Positions 8,862 to 18,360 of a stretch of 35,480 bases of DNA are shown piece after piece. How positions within the stretch are numbered: the stretch's first letter is position 1; every line of letters starts with the position of its first letter. The DNA is taken from positions 1 to 35,480 of the forward strand of contig JAVROG010000201.1 in the NCBI GenBank assembly GCA_032162865.1, read 5' to 3'. Origin of the DNA: Mycobacterium sp. (lineage in GTDB: Bacteria; Actinomycetota; Actinomycetes; Mycobacteriales; Mycobacteriaceae). The position numbers and the translations under genes were made by a program. Under the pieces are notes generated by a model. The model searched no databases and had not been told where the DNA came from. It saw nothing but the letters and a program-made list of their open reading frames with translations.

Positions 8862-10265
8862 GTGACGCCAACCCCGGCGGTCATCATCGCCGCTCCCGCT
8901 TCCGGCAGTGGAAAGACCACCGTTGCAACGGGTTTGATCGGTGCGTTGCGTCAAGCCGGCCATCGGGTGGCGCCGTTCAAGGTGGGCCCCGACTTCATCG
9001 ACCCCGCCTACCACGCGCTGGCAGCGGGGCGGCCCGGCCGCAACCTCGACCCGGTGCTGGTGGGGGAGCGGCTCATCGGCCCGCTATTTGCGCACGGCAC
9101 CCACGGCACCGACATTGCGGTGATCGAAGGAGTGATGGGCCTTTTCGACGGGCGGATCGCTGAGGCTGCGACCGGCCCGGCGGCCGGGTCCACCGCGCAC
9201 GTCGCCGGCTTACTCGGAGCGCCGGTGATCCTGGTGGTCGATGTGCGCGGCCAGAGCCACAGCATCGCCGCACTGCTGCACGGCTTTTCCACGTTCGACA
9301 CGCAAACCCGGGTTTGCGGCGTCATCCTCAACCGGGTCGGGACGCCCAGGCACGAGCAGGTATTGCGACAGGCGTGTGAACAGGCCGGTGTCGCGGTGTT
9401 GGGGGCGATTCCGCGCGTCGCCGAATTGGAGCTCCCGACAAGGTATCTGGGGCTGGTGACCGCGGTGGAATACGGCCGCCACGCCGAGCAGGCGATCGAG
9501 GCGATGACGGCTCTGGTGGCTCGTCACGTCGACTTGCCCGCCGTAGTGGCGGCCGCCGGGAGCCGGGTCAGCGATCCGCCGTGGGATCCGGTGGCGGCGC
9601 TGGAAGGGGTGCCCGGCGCCATAACCCGAGCAGCGCGAGCGCCGAAAGCAGTGGTCGCCCTGGCCTCGGGCAAGGCGTTCAGCTTCGGCTACGCCGAGCA
9701 TGCGGAGCTGTTGCGGGCCGCGGGCGCCGAAGTCGCCGAGTTCGACCCGCTCAGCGACACCCTGCCCGACGGTGCGAATGCCGTGCTGTTGCCCGGCGGG
9801 TTCCCCGAGCAGTTCACCGCGGAACTGTCGGCTAATGACACGGTCCGGCGCCAAATCGCGGAACTGGCCGCCGCGGGTGCGCCTGTGCATGCCGAATGCG
9901 CGGGCCTTATTTACCTGGCCACCGAACTCGACGGATCCCCGATGTGCGGAGTGCTGGCCGGATCAGCGCGGTTCACCCAGCAGCTCAAACTGGGATATCG
10001 CGACGCCGTCGCGGTCGCCGAGTCCGCCCTCTACTCAGTCGGCCAGCGTGTGATCGGACACGAATTCCACCGGACCGCAGTCAGTTTCACCGACAGCTAC
10101 CAGCCGGCCTGGGTGTACCGGGGTCAGGAGCTGGACCGGGTACGAGATGGCGCGGTGTACGCCGGCGTACATGCGTCGTACTTGCACACCCATCCAGCGG
10201 CAACACCCGGTGCGGTGGCACGCTTCGTCGCGCACGCCACTCGCACGACGACAACCGAACATTAA
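8862..10265 (+). CDS. cobB: Cobyrinate a,c-diamide synthase (start placed at GTG 8862)
   Basis: SGSGKTT, FKVGPDFID, IEGVMGLFDG, GGFPE, AECAG, HEFH, SYLHTH. Confidence 0.95.
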   Translation: MTPTPAVIIAAPASGSGKTTVATGLIGALRQAGHRVAPFKVGPDFIDPAYHALAAGRPGRNLDPVLVGERLIGPLFAHGTHGTDIAVIEGVMGLFDGRIAEAATGPAAGSTAHVAGLLGAPVILVVDVRGQSHSIAALLHGFSTFDTQTRVCGVILNRVGTPRHEQVLRQACEQAGVAVLGAIPRVAELELPTRYLGLVTAVEYGRHAEQAIEAMTALVARHVDLPAVVAAAGSRVSDPPWDPVAALEGVPGAITRAARAPKAVVALASGKAFSFGYAEHAELLRAAGAEVAEFDPLSDTLPDGANAVLLPGGFPEQFTAELSANDTVRRQIAELAAAGAPVHAECAGLIYLATELDGSPMCGVLAGSARFTQQLKLGYRDAVAVAESALYSVGQRVIGHEFHRTAVSFTDSYQPAWVYRGQELDRVRDGAVYAGVHASYLHTHPAATPGAVARFVAHATRTTTTEH

Positions 10266-10268
10266 GAT
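10263..10268 (+). promoter_or_regulatory. Internal -10 hexamer TAAGAT overlapping the cobB stop codon; leaderless geometry for cysG
   Basis: TANNNT 7 nt upstream of GTG 10276; no SD visible. Confidence 0.5.
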
Positions 10269-10275
10269 TGCCCGG

Positions 10276-11490
10276 GTGACCGAGAGCCCCTACCTGGTGG
10301 GACTGCGACTGACCGGCAGAAAGGTCGTCGTCGTCGGCGGGGGCAGCGTCGCGCAGCGTCGGTTACCACTACTTATTGCCAGCGGCGCCGACGTGCAGGT
10401 CATCTCGCGGAGGGCTACGCAGTCCGTCGAGGCGATGGACGGAATCACGCTTTCGCTGCGCGAATACCGTGCCGGCGACCTGGACGGCGCCTGGTACGCG
10501 ATCGCAGCCACCGACGATCCGCAGGTCAACGAGGCCGTTGTTGCCGAAGCCGAACGGCTCCGGATCTTCTGCGTCCGCGCCGACATCGCCGTCGAGGGAA
10601 CGGCGGTCACTCCGGCGTCGTTCGAGTACGCGGGTCTGTCGGTGGGTGTGCTGGCCGGCGGGGAGCACCGCCGTTCGGCGGCCATCCGGTCGGCGATCCG
10701 CGAGGCACTGCAACTCGGGACCATCACCCCGGAAGGCTTCGTGAGCTCCGACTCCGATGTTCTTCGAGGCGGCGTGGCGCTGGTCGGCGGCGGTCCCGGT
10801 GATCCCGAACTGATCACCGTCCGCGGCCGACGTCTGCTTACCCAGGCCGATGTGGTGGTCGCCGACCGACTCGCGCCCCCCGAATTGCTCGCCGAGCTGC
10901 CGCCGCACGTCGAAGTCATCGATGCCGCCAAAATACCGTACGGCCGGGCCATGGCCCAGGACGCGATCAACGCCGTATTGGTCGAGCGGGCCAAGTCTGG
11001 GAAGTTCGTGGTCCGCCTCAAAGGAGGCGACCCGTTCGTCTTCGCGCGCGGTTACGAGGAAGTCCTGGCGTGCGCCGAAGCCGGAATATCGGTGACCGTG
11101 GTGCCCGGTGTGACGAGTGCCATAGCCGTACCCGCTTTGGCGGGCGTTCCCGTCACTCATCGGGCCATAAATCATGAGTTTGTGGTGGTCAGCGGCCATT
11201 TGGCGCCCGACCATCCCGAATCGTTAGTGAATTGGGATGCTTTGGCAGCAATGTCAGGAACCATTGTTTTGCTCATGGCCGTCGAACGCATCGAACTCTT
11301 CGTCGCCGCGCTGTTGAAGGGCGGCCGACCTGCGGATACTCCGGTGTTAGTGGTCCAACACGGAACGACAGCCGCGCAACACACATTGCGGGCGACCCTG
11401 ATTGACACGCCGGAGAAGGTCCGAGCGGAGGGGATCCGACCTCCCGCGATCATCGTCATCGGGCCCGTAGCGGGCTTGAAAAGGGCCTGA
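10276..11490 (+). CDS. cysG: Multifunctional siroheme synthase / uroporphyrinogen-III C-methyltransferase (start placed at GTG 10276)
   Basis: N-terminal VVGGGSVA dehydrogenase domain; C-terminal VGGGPGDPELIT, RLKGGDP, VPGVTS. Confidence 0.92.
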   Translation: MTESPYLVGLRLTGRKVVVVGGGSVAQRRLPLLIASGADVQVISRRATQSVEAMDGITLSLREYRAGDLDGAWYAIAATDDPQVNEAVVAEAERLRIFCVRADIAVEGTAVTPASFEYAGLSVGVLAGGEHRRSAAIRSAIREALQLGTITPEGFVSSDSDVLRGGVALVGGGPGDPELITVRGRRLLTQADVVVADRLAPPELLAELPPHVEVIDAAKIPYGRAMAQDAINAVLVERAKSGKFVVRLKGGDPFVFARGYEEVLACAEAGISVTVVPGVTSAIAVPALAGVPVTHRAINHEFVVVSGHLAPDHPESLVNWDALAAMSGTIVLLMAVERIELFVAALLKGGRPADTPVLVVQHGTTAAQHTLRATLIDTPEKVRAEGIRPPAIIVIGPVAGLKRA

Positions 11491-11501
11491 GCGCCGCTCG
11501 G

Positions 11502-11541
11502 GGTTTAAACAATTCTTAAGATTACTGTAAGGTAACCTGCT
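11502..11541 (+). promoter_or_regulatory. AT-rich efpA promoter region with -10 TAAGGT (11528-11533)
   Basis: GTTTAAACAATTCTTAAGATTACTGTAAGGT stands out in GC-rich DNA; -10 lies 8 nt before ATG. Confidence 0.6.
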
Positions 11542-13137
11542 ATGACGGCTCTCAACGAATCAGAGCGGGCAGTCCACAATTGGGCGGATGGACGCCCCGA
11601 TTGTTCGGCCCAAGAGCGTCCCACGCGATCGGTGGAGACCACCTTGCAACAGCGCATGAGCAGGTATTACCCGACCTGGTTGCCTTCGCGACGGTTCATC
11701 GCCGCGGTTATCGCAATCGGCGGGATGCAGCTCCTGGCGACGATGGACAGCACCGTCGCCATCGTTGCGCTTCCTAAGATTCAAAACGAGCTGAGCCTCT
11801 CCGATGCCGGTCGTAGCTGGGTAATCACCGCCTACGTGCTGACGTTCGGCGGGCTGATGCTGCTCGGTGGCCGACTTGGCGACACCATCGGCCGCAAGCG
11901 CACCTTCATCGTCGGCGTCGCGCTGTTCACCATTTCCTCGGTGCTGTGCGCGGTCGCCTGGGACGAGGTGACGTTGGTCATCGCCCGGCTGTCGCAGGGC
12001 GTGGGATCGGCCATCGCGTCGCCCACCGGTCTGGCACTGGTAGCGACCACCTTTCCCAAGGGGCCGGCGCGTAACGCCGCTACCGCGGTGTTCGCCGCGA
12101 TGACCGCAATCGGCTCGGTAATGGGCCTGGTAGTCGGCGGTGCACTGACCGAGTGGTCGTGGCGCCTGGCGTTCCTGGTGAACGTGCCGATCGGACTTGT
12201 GATGATTTACCTGGCCCGCACCGCGCTGCGGGAGACCAACCGGGAGCGGATGAAGCTCGACGCCACCGGGGCGATGCTGGCCACGCTGGCGTGCACCGCC
12301 GCCGTTTTCGCCTTCTCGATCGGTCCGGAAAAGGGCTGGATCTCGGTCACCACGATCGGCTCGGGGGTGGTGGCCATCGCGGCTGCTATCGCCTTCGCCA
12401 TCGTGGAGCGAACCGCCGAAAATCCCGTCGTCCCGTTCGAGCTGTTCCGCGACCGAAACAGGTTGGTCACCTTCGTCGCGATCTTCTTGGCCGGCGGCGT
12501 GATGTTCAGTCTGACCGTCTCCATCGGCCTTTACGTGCAGGACATTCTCGGCTACAGCGCGCTCGGCGCGGGCATTGGCTTCATCCCCTTCGTCATCGCG
12601 ATGGGTATCGGCCTGGGCATTTCGTCGCAGCTGGTGGCCCGGTTCTCGCCGCGGGTGCTGACGATCGGCGGTGGCTGGCTGTTGCTGGGCGCGATGCTGT
12701 ACGGCTCGTGGTTCATGCACCGCGGCGCTCCTTACTTCCCCAACTTGGTCGTGCCGATCGTGATCGGAGGGATCGGGATCGGGATGGTTGTCGTCCCGCT
12801 GACGCTCGCGGCGATCGCCGGCGTGGGCTTCGACCAGATCGGCCCGGTATCGGCGTTGACGCTGATGCTGCAGAGCCTCGGCGGACCGCTGGTGTTGGCC
12901 GTCATCCAGGCCGTAATCACCTCGCGCACGCTCTACATGGGCGGGACCACCGGCCCGGTGAAGTTCATGAACGAAGCGCAGTTGCATTCGCTGGACCAGG
13001 GCTACACCTATGGCCTGCTGTGGATAGCCGGAGCGGCCATCATCGTCGGCTGTGCGGCGCTGTTCATCGGCTACACCCCGGAACAGGTCGCGCACGCGCA
13101 AGAGGTCAAGGAAGCGATCGACGCGGGAGAGCTGTAA
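11542..13137 (+). CDS. efpA: MFS DHA2 (14-TM) efflux protein EfpA
   Basis: MTALN start, MQLLATMDSTVAIVALP, GRLGDTIGRKR, C-terminal AIDAGEL; synteny with Rv2846c. Confidence 0.95.
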   Translation: MTALNESERAVHNWADGRPDCSAQERPTRSVETTLQQRMSRYYPTWLPSRRFIAAVIAIGGMQLLATMDSTVAIVALPKIQNELSLSDAGRSWVITAYVLTFGGLMLLGGRLGDTIGRKRTFIVGVALFTISSVLCAVAWDEVTLVIARLSQGVGSAIASPTGLALVATTFPKGPARNAATAVFAAMTAIGSVMGLVVGGALTEWSWRLAFLVNVPIGLVMIYLARTALRETNRERMKLDATGAMLATLACTAAVFAFSIGPEKGWISVTTIGSGVVAIAAAIAFAIVERTAENPVVPFELFRDRNRLVTFVAIFLAGGVMFSLTVSIGLYVQDILGYSALGAGIGFIPFVIAMGIGLGISSQLVARFSPRVLTIGGGWLLLGAMLYGSWFMHRGAPYFPNLVVPIVIGGIGIGMVVVPLTLAAIAGVGFDQIGPVSALTLMLQSLGGPLVLAVIQAVITSRTLYMGGTTGPVKFMNEAQLHSLDQGYTYGLLWIAGAAIIVGCAALFIGYTPEQVAHAQEVKEAIDAGEL

Positions 13138-13180
13138 CTCCGGCGGCTCAGCGCTCGACGTCGACACCGTACTGCGCGGG

Positions 13181-13220
13181 CCAGGACGCGCACTGAAATC
13201 CCTGGACGCACACTCAAAGC
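13181..13220 (+). repeat. 2 x 20-bp imperfect tandem repeat in the efpA-proS spacer
   Basis: CCAGGACGCGCACTGAAATC / CCTGGACGCACACTCAAAGC (16/20 identical). Confidence 0.6.
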
Positions 13221-13289
13221 CCGACAACCCGAACGGCGTGGCACCGCGCCCGCCGCTGGGGAATTCTCCGGCAAGTAGGCTGGCCCGCT

Positions 13290-15050
13290 GTGATCACCCG
13301 GATGTCCGAGCTGTTCCTGCGCACCCTGCGCGACGACCCTGCCGACGCGGAAGTGCCCAGCCACAAACTGCTGATCCGAGCCGGATACGTCCGGCCCATC
13401 GCGCCCGGGTTGTACAGCTGGCTCCCGCTCGGCCTCAAAGTGCTGCGCAACATCGAAAGCATCGTCCGTGAGGAGATGAACGCGATCGGCGGCCAGGAGA
13501 TCCTGTTTCCCGCTCTTCTGCCGCGCGCGCCGTACGAGACGACGAACCGATGGACCGAATATGGCGACAGCCTGTTCCGGCTGAAGGACCGCCGGGGCAA
13601 CGACTATCTGCTGGGTCCCACGCACGAAGAACTGTTCACGCTGACCGTCAAGGGCGAGTACAGCTCCTATAAGGACTTTCCGCTGACGCTCTACCAAATC
13701 CAGACCAAATACCGCGACGAGGCGCGCCCGCGCGCCGGCATCCTGCGCGGGCGCGAGTTCGTCATGAAGGACTCGTATTCCTTCGACATCGATGCCGCCG
13801 GGCTGAAATCCGCCTACCACGCGCACCGCGAGGCCTACCAGCGCATCTTTGATCGGCTGGCGGTACGTTACGTGATCGTCTCGGCGGTGTCGGGCGCCAT
13901 GGGCGGCAGCGCCTCCGAAGAGTTTCTGGCCGAGAGTCCGATCGGTGAAGACACCTTCGTTCGCTGCGTCGAGTCCGGATATGCGGCCAACGTCGAAGCC
14001 GTCGTCACCGCGCAGCCCGAATCGAAGCCCGCAGATGGGCTGCCTGCAGCGCAAATCCACGACACCGGTGACACCCCGACCATCGCCACACTGGTGGCCT
14101 GGGCCAATCATGCGGAGCTCGGGCTGGACTTGGGCCGCCCTGTCACCGCCGCCGACACCCTGAAGAACGTTCTGGTCAAAGTCCGTCAGCCCGGTGGGGA
14201 CTGGGAGCTGCTGGCCATCGGTGTGCCCGGTGACCGGGATATCGACGACAAGCGGCTGGGCGCGGCGCTGGAACCGGCCGAGTATGCGTTTCTCGACGAT
14301 GCGGACTTCGCCAGGTACCCCTTTCTCGTCAAGGGCTACATCGGCCCGAAAGCCCTCCGGGACAACGATGTTCGGTACCTCATCGACCCACGGGTGGTGG
14401 ACGGCACCAGCTGGATCACCGGGGCGGATGAGCCCGGCCGTCATGTGGTCGGCCTGGTGGCCGGCCGCGACTTCACCGCCGACGGCACCGTCGAGGCCGC
14501 TGAGGTGCGCGAGGGTGATCCTTCGCCCGACGGCGCCGGCCCCCTGGTCATGGCGCGCGGGATCGAGATCGGCCACATCTTCCAGCTCGGCCGCAAGTAC
14601 ACCGATGCCTTCACCGCCGACGTACTCGGCGAGAACGGCAAGCCGGTGCGGCTGACCATGGGCTCCTACGGCATCGGGGTGTCGCGGCTGGTCGCCGTCG
14701 TCGCCGAACAGCATCACGACGAGCTGGGGCTCCGTTGGCCTTCGTCGATCGCCCCCTTCGACGTCCACCTGGTGATCGCCAACAAAGACGCCGAAGCTCG
14801 CGTCGGTGCCACCAAACTGGCCGTCGATCTGGACAAGGTGGGTGTCGAGGTATTGCTCGACGACCGCAAGGCATCACCCGGCGTCAAGTTCAAGGACGCC
14901 GAGCTGCTCGGCGTGCCCTGGATCGTCGTGGTGGGCCGCGGCTGGGCTGACGGTCGGGTGGAAGTCCGCAACCGGTTCACCGGACAGACCAGCGAGGTGG
15001 CCGTCGGCGATGCCCTCACCACCGAGATAGCTGCGGCCATCAGCGACTGA
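13290..15050 (+). CDS. proS: Prolyl-tRNA synthetase with INS editing domain
   Basis: [45 protein letters not shown]; -10 TAGGCT at 13276-13281. Confidence 0.97.
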   Translation: MITRMSELFLRTLRDDPADAEVPSHKLLIRAGYVRPIAPGLYSWLPLGLKVLRNIESIVREEMNAIGGQEILFPALLPRAPYETTNRWTEYGDSLFRLKDRRGNDYLLGPTHEELFTLTVKGEYSSYKDFPLTLYQIQTKYRDEARPRAGILRGREFVMKDSYSFDIDAAGLKSAYHAHREAYQRIFDRLAVRYVIVSAVSGAMGGSASEEFLAESPIGEDTFVRCVESGYAANVEAVVTAQPESKPADGLPAAQIHDTGDTPTIATLVAWANHAELGLDLGRPVTAADTLKNVLVKVRQPGGDWELLAIGVPGDRDIDDKRLGAALEPAEYAFLDDADFARYPFLVKGYIGPKALRDNDVRYLIDPRVVDGTSWITGADEPGRHVVGLVAGRDFTADGTVEAAEVREGDPSPDGAGPLVMARGIEIGHIFQLGRKYTDAFTADVLGENGKPVRLTMGSYGIGVSRLVAVVAEQHHDELGLRWPSSIAPFDVHLVIANKDAEARVGATKLAVDLDKVGVEVLLDDRKASPGVKFKDAELLGVPWIVVVGRGWADGRVEVRNRFTGQTSEVAVGDALTTEIAAAISD

Positions 15051-15488
15051 TTACTCGGTACCGCCGGGAAAAGGCGTGGTGATCGGCCAGCCGCCCAACA
15101 CCTTGTTCCAGCGGGCGGCCATGACCGCACTCTGGGTCAGCGCGGTCGAGGCGAAAGCGCGGTCCTCGGCAGTATCGGCGTGCTCGACGACCGCCCGCCA
15201 GGCCGTCGCACCGTCGTTTTCCATCCGCGCGGCCAGCCGCGCCGCATCCATCGGGCTGCCCACCGGCGACGGCAACTGATAGCCGGCGGCTGCGGGCGGG
15301 ACGGTGACCTTACGGGCGGTCAGCATCGCGACGACGTCGTCGCGCCGTTGGCGGTGCTGGTTGAGCGCCTCCACCACCAGGTCGTTGACGCTGGGTGGCG
15401 ACAGCGCCGACACGATGCCGTAGCCATAGATCGTGGCGTGCTCGATGGCAAGTGCATCGGTCAGGGCCGTGACGTCGGAGGACGTCAT
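15051..15488 (-). CDS. Ferritin-like (DUF4439-type) conserved protein (Rv2844-like)
   Basis: ALAIEHATIYGYG, H..RRD, MENDG four-helix pattern; 4-bp overlap with the upstream gene. Confidence 0.82.
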   Translation of the reverse strand: MTSSDVTALTDALAIEHATIYGYGIVSALSPPSVNDLVVEALNQHRQRRDDVVAMLTARKVTVPPAAAGYQLPSPVGSPMDAARLAARMENDGATAWRAVVEHADTAEDRAFASTALTQSAVMAARWNKVLGGWPITTPFPGGTE

Positions 15489-16030
15489 ATCGAGGGCCCC
15501 CCGGGCACCAGCGCCACCTGGTAGGACGCCGTGCAGGACGCAACGATAGAGGCGAGCAGCCCTCCTCGGTAGCCCGACGAGGTCGCCACCAGTCGGTTAG
15601 CGTCCTCCGCCGACTTGCGCAGCGAATCGATCACGTCAGAAACCGGTGGCGGTGGTGGCGGGGGCGCTACCGGTTCGGTAGGGCTGGAGCCGGCGGACGC
15701 GCTGGCGCCGTTCGTTTCGCTGGTCGCCGATATCAGCTTGCCCGCGGCCCGCGCGACCTCGGTGGCCAGGGCGCGGGCATGCGCTGCACGCTGGGCCGCC
15801 ACGACGGTCAGCGCGGCAGAGATCTGGGGTGGGCTGCCGATGGCTCCGGCGGCCGCAGCCGCCAGCGCACTGTCGTGCCGGGCCTGGTCCAACGGGCCCA
15901 ACAACTCTTCGACAGTTGGGGGCTTGGGCGTCGACTCGCCGCAGGCGGTTGCGACCACCCCAAGTGCAGCGAGAGCGGCACCACCAGCTAGCGCGCCCCG
16001 CCTGCTGATGACGGGTACTGCTCTGGGCAC
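15485..16030 (-). CDS. Ala-rich exported protein, probable Tat lipoprotein (Rv2843-like; start placed at GTG 16030)
   Basis: SRRGAL twin-arginine motif, hydrophobic stretch, lipobox-like ATAC. Confidence 0.8.
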   Translation of the reverse strand: MPRAVPVISRRGALAGGAALAALGVVATACGESTPKPPTVEELLGPLDQARHDSALAAAAAGAIGSPPQISAALTVVAAQRAAHARALATEVARAAGKLISATSETNGASASAGSSPTEPVAPPPPPPPVSDVIDSLRKSAEDANRLVATSSGYRGGLLASIVASCTASYQVALVPGGPSI

Positions 16031-16297
16031 GTCCCACATCCTGCCATCACGGCGCTCCGCAAGAGCGCCAGCCACGATGAGGTGAGACGTAACCGACGCG
16101 ATCGAAGCGCGATCCGGTCGCGATCTGGTCATCAAGGGCCAATCCTGGCGTATCGTGGATAGCTGGTTCTCCTGGGTTCGCTGTGAACGCCAGCTACTGC
16201 GTGCGCGGTCGGACGCAGGGAGCCGCGCGCCAGACGAACGGGCGGCACACTTGCCGGACGCCGCCGATGACCGACAACTCAAGATGAGGAGCTCGCC

Positions 16298-16825
16298 GTG
16301 ACCACCGAGCTACCTTCGCAGACGCAGGTGATCGAGCTGCTCAGTGGCGAGTTCGCGCGCTCCGGCTACGAAATCGAAGAAGTGGTCATCGACCCCCGCC
16401 ACCGTCCGCCGCGCATCACAGTGATCGCCGACGGTGATTCCCCACTGGATTTGGACGCGATCGCCACGTTGTCGCAGTCGGCGTCAGCTTTGCTGGACGG
16501 CCTGGACAACATCCGTGACGACTACGTCCTCGAGGTGAGCTCACCCGGCGTGGAACGCCCGCTGACCACTGCGAAGCACTTCCGCCGAGCGCGGGGCCGC
16601 AAGGTGGAACTGGCCTTGACGGATGGATCGCTACTGACCGGCCGGGTCGGCGAGACCCGCGGTGACACGCTGGCCCTGGTGGTCCGCGCCGGACGCGACT
16701 TGACGGTGCGCGACCTGCCGTTGCAAGAGATTGTCAAAGCTGTTGTGCAGGTGGAGTTTTCGCCGCCAGCACAAGCCGAGTTGGAACTGGCGGGTCGGGC
16801 CGCTGGGACGGAGGCCGGAGCATGA
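16298..16825 (+). CDS. rimP: Ribosome maturation factor RimP
   Basis: [22 protein letters not shown]; SD GAGGAG; first gene of the nusA-infB operon. Confidence 0.95.
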   Translation: MTTELPSQTQVIELLSGEFARSGYEIEEVVIDPRHRPPRITVIADGDSPLDLDAIATLSQSASALLDGLDNIRDDYVLEVSSPGVERPLTTAKHFRRARGRKVELALTDGSLLTGRVGETRGDTLALVVRAGRDLTVRDLPLQEIVKAVVQVEFSPPAQAELELAGRAAGTEAGA

Positions 16826-17865
16826 ACATCGACATGGCCGCGCTGCACGCGATTGAGGTGGACCGGGGTATCTCGGTCAACGAACTACTCGAAACGATCA
16901 AGTCCGCGCTGCTCACTGCCTACCGGCACACCCAGGGTCACCAGACCGAGGCGCGCATCGAAATCGATCGCAAGAGCGGGGTCGTGCAGGTGATCGCCCG
17001 CGAGACCGATGAAGACGGCAACCTGATCAGCGAATGGGACGACACACCCGAGGGCTTCGGCCGGATCGCCGCCACCACGGCTCGGCAGGTGATGCTGCAG
17101 CGCTTCCGCGACGCCGAGAACGAGCGCACCTTCGGTGAGTTCTCCACCCGCGAGGGTGAGATCGTCGCCGGCGTCATCCAGCGGGACAGCCGGGCCAACG
17201 CGCGCGGCCTGATCGTCGTCCGGATGGGTACCGAAGCCAAGGCCTCCGAAGGCGTGATCCCAGCCGCCGAGCAGGTCCCGGGGGAGAGCTACGAGCATGG
17301 CAACCGCCTGCGCTGCTATGTCGTCGGCGTGAGTCGCGGCTCCCGCGAACCGCTGATCACCCTGTCGCGCACCCACCCCAACCTGGTACGCAAGCTCTTC
17401 TCACTGGAAGTCCCCGAGATCGCCGACGGTTCCGTCGAGATCGTGGCGGTGGCCCGCGAGGCTGGCCACCGTTCCAAGATCGCCGTGGCATCCAAGGTGC
17501 CCGGCCTCAACGCCAAGGGTGCGTGCATCGGCCCGATGGGGCAGCGGGTCCGCAACGTCATGAGCGAGTTGTCCGGCGAGAAGATCGACATCATCGACTA
17601 CGACGAAGACCCGTCCCGCTTCGTAGCCAACGCGTTGTCGCCCGCCAAGGTGGTCTCGGTGTCGGTAATCGACCCGACCGGCCGCGCCGCCCGCGTGGTG
17701 GTGCCTGATTTCCAGCTGTCGCTGGCCATCGGCAAGGAAGGTCAGAACGCGAGGTTGGCCGCTCGGCTCACCGGGTGGCGCATTGACATCCGCGGTGACG
17801 CGCCGGGTCAGTCCGAGAGCGAACCCGAACAGGGCGCCAGCCACGGGATGGCGCACGAACGCTAG
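16822..17865 (+). CDS. nusA: Transcription termination/antitermination factor NusA
   Basis: [42 protein letters not shown]. Confidence 0.98.
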   Translation: MNIDMAALHAIEVDRGISVNELLETIKSALLTAYRHTQGHQTEARIEIDRKSGVVQVIARETDEDGNLISEWDDTPEGFGRIAATTARQVMLQRFRDAENERTFGEFSTREGEIVAGVIQRDSRANARGLIVVRMGTEAKASEGVIPAAEQVPGESYEHGNRLRCYVVGVSRGSREPLITLSRTHPNLVRKLFSLEVPEIADGSVEIVAVAREAGHRSKIAVASKVPGLNAKGACIGPMGQRVRNVMSELSGEKIDIIDYDEDPSRFVANALSPAKVVSVSVIDPTGRAARVVVPDFQLSLAIGKEGQNARLAARLTGWRIDIRGDAPGQSESEPEQGASHGMAHER

Positions 17866-17916
17866 CCGCACAGATGGGTGGTTCGAGCGAGGCGTTCAGT
17901 GACGCTAGACTTAGCC

Positions 17917-18297
17917 GTGATCCAGCGCGAGCCTTTGGCCTCGGCGCTCCGAAGCCCGGACGTCCCCAGCGGACCGGTGCGGACGTGTGTCGGGTGCCGG
18001 AAGCGAGAGTTGGCCGTCGAACTGCTTCGAGTGGTGGCTGAGTCGGACGGGAATGGCACTTACGCCGTGATCGTTGACACTGCCAGAAGCCTGCCGGGGC
18101 GGGGTGCTTGGTTGCATCCCGTGCAGCAGTGCGTACAACAAGCGATCCGACGGCGGGCTTTCACCAGAGCGCTGCGCATCACCGGTTCACCGGACACATC
18201 CGCGGTGGTCGAGCACGTCGATTCTCTAGGCGCGTTCGTCCCACCGGGCAACAGAAGAGGCAGCAAAGAACATGAGCACACCGTGAAGTCCCGATGA
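17917..18297 (+). CDS. ylxR: YlxR (DUF448) RNA-binding protein (start placed at GTG 17917)
   Basis: PVRTCVGCR, LLRVV, GRGAWL; lies between nusA and infB; -10 TAGACT at 17906-17911. Confidence 0.9.
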   Translation: MIQREPLASALRSPDVPSGPVRTCVGCRKRELAVELLRVVAESDGNGTYAVIVDTARSLPGRGAWLHPVQQCVQQAIRRRAFTRALRITGSPDTSAVVEHVDSLGAFVPPGNRRGSKEHEHTVKSR

Positions 18298-18360
18298 CCA
18301 TGTGTCATAGCTAAAACCGAGGCGCGGCCCACGTCTGTCGCCTCATAGACAGGAGATGTA

